A stretch of DNA of 20,000 nucleotides. Origin: Vicugna vicugna. Its lineage: Eukaryota. The first letter of the stretch is position 1, and every line of letters starts with the position of its first letter. Of this stretch, positions 13,154 through 20,000 are shown in pieces. A program made the translations under genes and the position numbers. The DNA lies in NCBI GenBank assembly GCA_013265495.1, contig MU058367.1, forward strand, positions 58,055 to 78,054, read 5' to 3'. The notes beneath the pieces were generated by a model. It was not told the origin of the DNA and did not search any database. It saw nothing but the letters and a program-made list of their open reading frames with translations.

Positions 13154-14048
13154 TAGAAAGCTTCCGCCTGCCTGGCCGTCCCCTCCTGCGGTCCCTTCAT
13201 GCACTTAGGTGGTGACACGTGTAACCCAGTTGGTCTTCCCTCACTTATTGCTTTAAATGCTCAGCTGGCCAGGGCTCCCTCCATATGACATGGCCCTTAG
13301 AAGGCTGAGGCCTGTGGAGCCAGGGCTGGCCCGGTGACCTGGATGCAGTCTTTGTAACCTGCACTGGGTCAGCAACATGGGTCAATGTAACTGTCACCTG
13401 GCTGGCGACCCAGGCAGTGATGAATACCAGAAGCCGCCTTGGCTGCCGTATGTGGAAGGTGGCAGGTGACCCAATAGGGCAGCCCATCTGGAGATGACCA
13501 GGGTGCCCTGGGGGTGCCCTTCGTCATCATGGAGTCTTCCACGTTTCTTCCTGTGCTGCAGCCACTGGTTCAGAGATGGAGGACTCTGTCTTGGCTGCGG
13601 GCACTGCAGGTTAGAGCAATAGTAACGCTTTTGTTTTCCACTTCATAAAAGGATGGAAACATTTGTTTTCCATCTGTCCCTATTTTGCACCAAGAATGCG
13701 TGTCATCCTGCATCCATATCCAAAGTGAAATAAAGTAATCCTGTTTTTATTTCTCCTTTTAAAAAAAGGACATTTTTTTCACCCAGTCCTGCCAGAAGGC
13801 ACACGGCACTGATGAGGTCCCATAGCTGGGCGCTGGTGTTGGGGCCGGATGCTGGCTCTGCTCTGTGTGTGAGTGAGAATGGGCACATCTGGGTGGCTTT
13901 GTCCAGGGCCACACGTTGTGTAAGGTGCTGGCGACCCCTCCCTGCTCACGTCCACTCCCAGGGCTCAGGGCTGAGAGCCTGGCCCTTCCCCTTTTGGTGC
14001 CCAGTGGAGTATTTTCTGCTTGCAGAAGATTAATGTGGTATTATTTGA

Positions 14049-14216
<168 letters not shown>

Positions 14217-15030
14217 TGAGCATCCCAGGGGCCCGTGCCAGCCTTGTGTTCGTGGTGGTTCAGAGTCGGGAGGTGGGGGAGGGCTGAACACTCTCAGCAC
14301 TCGTACTTGGTGAGGTAAGAATTCTGAGATCAGTGCAGGGACCAGGTGTCTTGGCTTCAGACCGAAGTCAGGTGCTCAGGCAGGAGGAGTGACTCAGGTG
14401 ATTGAGTCCACCGCGTCCAGGTGCTGGTGAGGCCCTGGGAACTCGGCGAGTGATGAGGTGGCATGGCCTCTGACCCACATGAATTTGGGCAGGGAAATGT
14501 TCACTACACATCTTTGTTTAGAGTTTGGGGCCCAGGGTCAGCGCAAGGGATCAGAGACTGAAAATCTGAAGCCCATGGAGGGAAAATAACAGAAAAGGGC
14601 GGTGTCGCGGTGTGGGCAGACTGGGACCGCGGCCAGCAGGTCCTCCTCCCAGTCTCGTTACCTGTGCTCGTCAGGAGGGAGGCCTTCCCTCTCTCTGCAA
14701 TGACACTGGCATCTTCCAAAGCCTTAGAGGCCCTGTGAGCCTGTGTCACACCTCTGGGGTCACGCTGGGCCTGCTGCTCTCGTGTCCTGAGCCCTCAGAG
14801 GGACCTCACCTGTGAAGACCCCTGGCCCCTGCCCTTTCTCCTGGGAGGGTAGAGCTTCTGGCCACACCAGCCATGCTTGTAGCGAGCTGTCGGGCCCAGG
14901 ACTTTCATGTTTTTAAGTCAGACATTTTTTTTCTTAAGAATAAGAAAATGACTCATTTGTGTGGATATAAAAAGTACTGCACATTGGGGCGAAAGTCTTT
15001 GGAACGTGGCAAGTGAGAAGACGGAGTTGC

Positions 15031-15310
15031 AGGCGGCCCTGGTGGCCCCGCCAGGTGCCCGGGCCGAGGCTCAGGCGAGCGCGTCCCGCCGAGCGGCGGC
15101 GGCCAGCCCGGGGCGGCTGCGCGGGAGCGAGCCTGGCGCGGGGGGGAGAGACCGCTTTTCCTCGTGAGGACAGCAGTGACGATGCGTCTCCCGCGGGAGC
15201 TGAGAAGGCTGGCCCTCCCCTCCCTCGCAGGCCCGGCCTCTGCCCGCGGGACCTGCACAGCGACGGCGCCCGCGGCGCCTCCCCAAGCTCAACGCGCAGT
15301 TTCTCTACGA
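15031..15310. other. Small CpG island overlapping the intron and exon E
   Basis: About 37 CpG dinucleotides counted by eye in 15031-15300. Very high GC with sharp AT-richer borders. Confidence 0.8.
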
Positions 15311-15326
15311 GGAAACTGAGGCAGAG
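15231..15326 (+). pseudogene. CYFIP1: CYFIP1 pseudo-exon E, heavily GC-shifted and frameshifted
   Basis: Follows the acceptor ccctcgcag| in the correct phase. Translates (E)PGLCPRDLHSDGARGA/(-1)/PKLNAQFLYEETEAE versus (E)YVLYSLDLYNDSAHYALT[R/K]FNKQFLYDEIEAE. The donor reads gggagg. Confidence 0.85.
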
Positions 15327-15643
15327 GGGAGGCCCTGGCACCTTCAACAAACTTTTTTAGCTTCTTTTTCCCGAGTATCAGAGGAAGCAAACTTGCAAAC
15401 AAGGAAGTTTAAATGATGAAATGCAATTTTGACATAAACTTTTTGGGGTAAAATCTGTACTTCTTTCTGGGCTTCTGCACAGGATGCTTGGCGTCTTACA
15501 ACGTCAGCTCTGGGGGGCGCCTTCTTCGCGTGACACACACCCTAAGCGCTGCATATCCCGGCCTGTCTTCGGTTATGTGCACAGCCTAGAGCGGGGGCGC
15601 TGAGCCACCCCCTATTTTATTTCTCTTGTTCTAGCTTAATAAA

Positions 15644-15768
15644 TTGTTTTTATTGAAGGTGGCAATTAGGTTTTTATTTATTTACCTTTAATGGAGGCCC
15701 TGGGGAATTGAAGCCAGGACCTCAGTGCATGCTAAGCATTCACTCTACCACTGAGCTATACCCTCCAC
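15644..15768 (-). mobile_element. tRNA-derived SINE (vic-1-like)
   Basis: The reverse complement reads gtggagggtatagctcagtggtagagtg...gtcctggcttcaattcccc, then an A-rich tail. Confidence 0.85.
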
Positions 15769-15952
15769 TTTCCTTTTCGCTTTGTTTTTTCTTACTATAA
15801 ATAATGCTTTGATGAACTTCCTTACCATGTAACATTTTGGTTGTGTTGAATTATTTCTTAAGGGCACATTCCTGTAAATGGAATTATTAAGTCCATGAAC
15901 AGGCAGTGAAGGAAATAAATCTTATTTTCTAGCTTAAGATATAAGAGAACTT

Positions 15953-16061
15953 GGGGGAAGGTATAGCTCAAGTGGTAGAGCACATGCTTAGCGTGCACAA
16001 TGCCATGGGTTCAACCCCCAGAACTTCCTCTATGAATAAATAAATATAATTCCCCCTTCCC
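15953..16061 (+). mobile_element. tRNA-derived SINE (vic-1-like), lacking a terminal A tail
   Basis: gggggaaggtatagctcaagtggtagagc...gggttcaacccccag...aataaataaa. Confidence 0.85.
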
Positions 16062-16765
16062 ATTGCTAGTGATCCATCTGTCCAAGTTCATCTGTTTCTT
16101 CTTGACTCAGGTTTGGCAGGCTGTATGTTGTTAGAAACCTGTTCATTTAGTCTAGTTCATCCAAGTTGTTGGCAAATAACTGTTCATAGCATTTTCTCAT
16201 GAGTGCTTTTTTCCCTGCAGTATTGGTTGCTGTTTCTCTCTTTCATTTCTTATTTTGTTTCATTCGGTGCTCTCTCCTTTCTTCTCGTGAGTCTGGCCAG
16301 ACGTTTGTCAATTTTGTTTATCCTTTCAAAAAGCCAGCTCTTGGTTTTTACTAATTATTTTCTAGTTTTAAAAATCTCTATTTATTTCCTCTCTGGCCTT
16401 TATTATTTCCTTCCTTCTGCTGACTTTTGGGAGTTTTTGTTGTTCTTCTTCTTCTTTTTCTAATTCTTTTAGGTGGTTGCCTAGGTGAGTTTGAGATTTT
16501 TTGTTTGTTTCTTGAAGAAGGCCTGTATTGCTATGAACACCCCTCTTAGAACCACTTTTGCTTCATCCTGTAGATTTTGTAAAGCTGTGTTTTCATTGTT
16601 GTTTGTCTCAATGTATTTTCTGATTTCATCATTGATCCTTTGGATATTTTAGTAGCATGTTATCTGGTCTCCATGTAATCTTTATTTTTTTTCTCATTTT
16701 TCTTTCAGTGGCTGATTTCTTGTTTCATACTGTGTGGTCAGAAAATATACTTGAAATTTCCATCC
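16062..16765 (-). mobile_element. L1 ORF2 fragment
   Basis: Covers the same L1 region as about 4210-4830 (tttgtcaattttgtttatcctttcaaaaagccagctcttgg; cctcttagaaccacttttgc) but is diverged from it. Confidence 0.9.
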
Positions 16766-16769
16766 TCTT

Positions 16770-17903
16770 TCTTATTTTCCACATCTTAGTCACCAAATCT
16801 GGTTGATTATATCACCTAAATGTCTACAGAATCTCTCTACTCTCCATTTCCTTACCATGCAGCTCACGGCACTATAGCTTCTCACTTGGCCTCCTGCAGT
16901 AGCCTCCTAACTAAACCCACACCCCCCTTGTCTCGGAGCCCAAAGACCCGTAATGTTGTGCAAAGTGCAGGGAGGTGCACATCAGTGGTGATGCCCTTTT
17001 TAGTCATAGAATGAGGTTTACTAGGAAAAACCCAGGAGCAGAGAAATAGAAAAATGCACACATTCTCTGAGCTATCATTCTCTCGCAGAAATGCATGCTT
17101 AGTCCACAAATAGACCCAATGTAGCAAGTGCTCCAGGCAAGGCCCACCCTTCCCAACCACAGAGGAGACCAGGGCACACAGCTGACTAGACAGGGACGTG
17201 GCCTTGATAAAAAAAGGGAACATCTACAGCTCAATTTTGGGAGGTTGTAAAACAACGACCAATGACACCCAGAGGCCTTGTTTTCCCAGTTGAGCTATTT
17301 CACCCCTCATGAGAAAACCGAGAGAGAGAAAGAACAAAAAGAACCATGAAGCCATCAGGAGACCAAGGTCTATTACTCCTCTTAACTCAGGACCCTACAA
17401 GATCTAGCGCTTGCCTACCTCTTGAGCCTTACATCATGCTTTTTATTTTCTATGCTTCAGTCACATAGGCTTTCTTTTAATTCCTTAAAAAATTAGGTTC
17501 TTTCCCTCCTCAGGGCCTTTGCACACATGTTCCATCATCTGCTTAGTTAATTCTCCTCCTCTTCCTCCTTCTTCTTCTGCTACCTGATAAGTTCCTAGAA
17601 GGTTTATTTTTCAGGTCTCAATTTATATGTTACTTTCTGAGGGAAATCTTTCCTGACATCGCCAGATATGTTATAAGTCTTAACAAGAGCACTCACAGCA
17701 TGTTGTATGTACCCTTGACAAAGTATTATCTCAATAGAAATAATAAGTACTTCTACAATTATGTAACACCCGTCCTACGCCAAACTAGGAGGTCCTTAAA
17801 TGGCAAGAACCATAGTTGCCTTGCTCAGGCTGCAGTCCTAGTACTTAGCTGAGCACTCTGACATAATCATGCTCAAGAGATATTTGTTAAATGAATGAAT
17901 GAA
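16770..17903 (+). mobile_element. LINE-2 fragment interrupted by an insert of about 450 bp
   Basis: tgcagtagcctcctaact, then cctcagggcctttgcacac, ending in tatttgttaaatgaatgaatgaa (L2 3' tail). Confidence 0.75.
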
Positions 17904-18106
17904 GTGTGGACTTGAGGAGATCAGGTAAAGCAAGATGACTTACTATGTAATGATTCTGATTTTGAGGTTCTTTGGCCTTAGATTTCTGAGGCGTATGGCT
18001 AACTCGGCTAACCATACCTAGCACATGTCTAGCTTAAATATGGGGACAATACAAATGAAACCTGCTGTGACTGACAAGGAAGCAGGAGGGCAAGGGCTTC
18101 AGAGTC

Positions 18107-18252
18107 TTTTTTTTCCCCAGTTGTTCTTTTTTTTTAACATTTTTTATTGATTTATACTCATTTTACAATGTTGTATCAAATTCCAGTGTAGAGCACAATT
18201 TTTCAGTTATACCTGAACATACGTATATTCATTGCAACATTTTTTTCTCTGT
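18107..18252 (-). mobile_element. 3' end (poly-A side) of a young L1 running into the gap
   Basis: Poly-T, then tttttattgatttatactcattttacaatgttg...cagttata; AATAAA on the - strand. Confidence 0.7.
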
Positions 18253-18828
18253 NNNNNNNNNNNNNNNNNNNNNNNNNNNNNNNNNNNNNNNNNNNNNNNN
18301 NNNNNNNNNNNNNNNNNNNNNNNNNNNNNNNNNNNNNNNNNNNNNNNNNNNNNNNNNNNNNNNNNNNNNNNNNNNNNNNNNNNNNNNNNNNNNNNNNNNN
18401 NNNNNNNNNNNNNNNNNNNNNNNNNNNNNNNNNNNNNNNNNNNNNNNNNNNNNNNNNNNNNNNNNNNNNNNNNNNNNNNNNNNNNNNNNNNNNNNNNNNN
18501 NNNNNNNNNNNNNNNNNNNNNNNNNNNNNNNNNNNNNNNNNNNNNNNNNNNNNNNNNNNNNNNNNNNNNNNNNNNNNNNNNNNNNNNNNNNNNNNNNNNN
18601 NNNNNNNNNNNNNNNNNNNNNNNNNNNNNNNNNNNNNNNNNNNNNNNNNNNNNNNNNNNNNNNNNNNNNNNNNNNNNNNNNNNNNNNNNNNNNNNNNNNN
18701 NNNNNNNNNNNNNNNNNNNNNNNNNNNNNNNNNNNNNNNNNNNNNNNNNNNNNNNNNNNNNNNNNNNNNNNNNNNNNNNNNNNNNNNNNNNNNNNNNNNN
18801 NNNNNNNNNNNNNNNNNNNNNNNNNNNN
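18253..18828. other. Assembly gap (576 N)
   Basis: Run of N. Confidence 1.
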
Positions 18829-20000
18829 CTCTTAGAACCACTTTTGCTTCATCCTGTAGATTTTGTAAAGCTGTGTTTTCATTGTTGTTTGTCTCAATGT
18901 ATTTTCTGATTTCATCATTGATCCTTTGGATATTTTAGTAGCATGTTATCTGGTCTCCATGTAATCTTTATTTTTTTTCTCATTTTTCTTTCAGTGGCTG
19001 ATTTATTGTTTCATACTGTGTGGTCAGAAAATATACTTGAAATTTCCATCCTCTTTCTTATTTTCCACATCTTAGTCACCAAATCTGGTTGATTATATCA
19101 CCTAAATGTCTACAGAATCTCTCTACTCTCCATTTCCTTACCATGCAGCTCACGGCACTATAGCTTCTCACTTGGCCTCCTGCAGTAGCCTCCTAACTAA
19201 ACCCACACCCCCCTTGTCTCGGAGCCCAAAGACCCGTAATGTTGTGCAAAGTGCAGGGAGGTGCACATCAGTGGTGATGCCCTTTTTAGTCATAGAATGA
19301 GGTTTACTAGGAAAAACCCAGGAGCAGAGAAATAGAAAAATGCACACATTCTCTGAGCTATCATTCTCTCGCAGAAATGCATGCTTAGTCCACAAATAGA
19401 CCCAATGTAGCAAGTGCTCCAGGCAAGGCCCACCCTTCCCAACCACAGAGGAGACCAGGGCACACAGCTGACTAGTACAGGGACGTGGCCTTGATAAAAA
19501 AAGGGAACATCTACAGCTCAATTTTGGGAGGTTGTAAAACAACGACCAATGACACCCAGAGGCCTTGTTTTCCCAGTTGAGCTATTTCACCCCTCATGAG
19601 AAAACCGAGAGAGAGAAAGAACAAAAAGAACCATGAAGCCATCAGGAGACCAAGGTCTATTTCTCCTCTAAACTCAGGACCCTACAAGATCTAGCACTTG
19701 CCCACCTCTTGAGCCTTACATCATGCTTTTTATTTTCTATGCTTCAGTCACATAGGCTTTCTTTTAATTCCTTAAAAAATTAGGTTCTTTCCCTCCTCAG
19801 GGCCTTTGCACACATGTTCCATCATCTGCTTAGTTAATTTCTCCTCCTCCTTCTTCTTCTGCTACCTGATAAGTTCCTAGAAGATTTATTTTTTAGGTCT
19901 CAATTTATATGTCACTTTCTGAGGGAAGTCTTTCCTGACATCGCCAGATATGTTGTAAGTCTTAACAAGAGCACTCACAGCATGTTGTATGTACCCTTGA
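18829..20000 (+). repeat. Near-identical direct copy of 16543-17718
   Basis: Offset 2286 bp. ORFs 16820-17014 and 19106-19300 translate identically. The copy continues to the window edge. Confidence 0.97.

Noticed and set aside
15309..15330. MIR core-like motif gaggaaactgaggcagagg
   Set aside because: It is better explained as the codons E-E-T-E-A-E at the end of the CYFIP1 exon. There is no flanking MIR similarity.
14934..15360. Five overlapping ORFs of 68-138 aa on both strands
   Set aside because: These reflect stop-codon scarcity in a GC-rich tract. The only recognisable homology is the degraded CYFIP1 exon.
16062..16765. Similarity to 4210-4830 as a local duplication
   Set aside because: The two are clearly diverged, independent copies of the same L1 ORF2 region.
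18203..18909. 212-aa and 225-aa ORFs
   Set aside because: They are artefacts of translating through the N gap.

Overview
Mammalian genomic DNA, most likely camelid, judging by four tRNA-derived SINEs of vic-1 type. No intact protein-coding gene is present. Bases 1-9500 and 16060-20000 are almost all decayed interspersed repeats (L1, L2, a Tigger/MER2-type DNA transposon, a MER21-like LTR, SINEs). Between them, on the + strand at about 10091-15326, lies an unprocessed, intron-retaining partial duplicate of CYFIP1. It has six exon-like segments from the middle of the gene, inactivated by a nonsense codon, two frameshifts and four broken splice sites. Two features of this pseudogene stand out. 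First, its last exon and the upstream intron form a CpG island in which essentially all inferred replacements are A/T->G/C, the signature expected from GC-biased gene conversion at a recombination hotspot. Second, it carries a tandem pair of homologous, same-phase exons that look mutually exclusive; the alternative exon is still intact while the canonical one is broken. There is also a 266-bp tandem duplication and a duplication of at least 1.17 kb straddling a 576-N assembly gap. CYFIP1 comparisons use the human/mouse protein as recalled from memory, and repeat family names come from recalled consensus motifs, not from searches.
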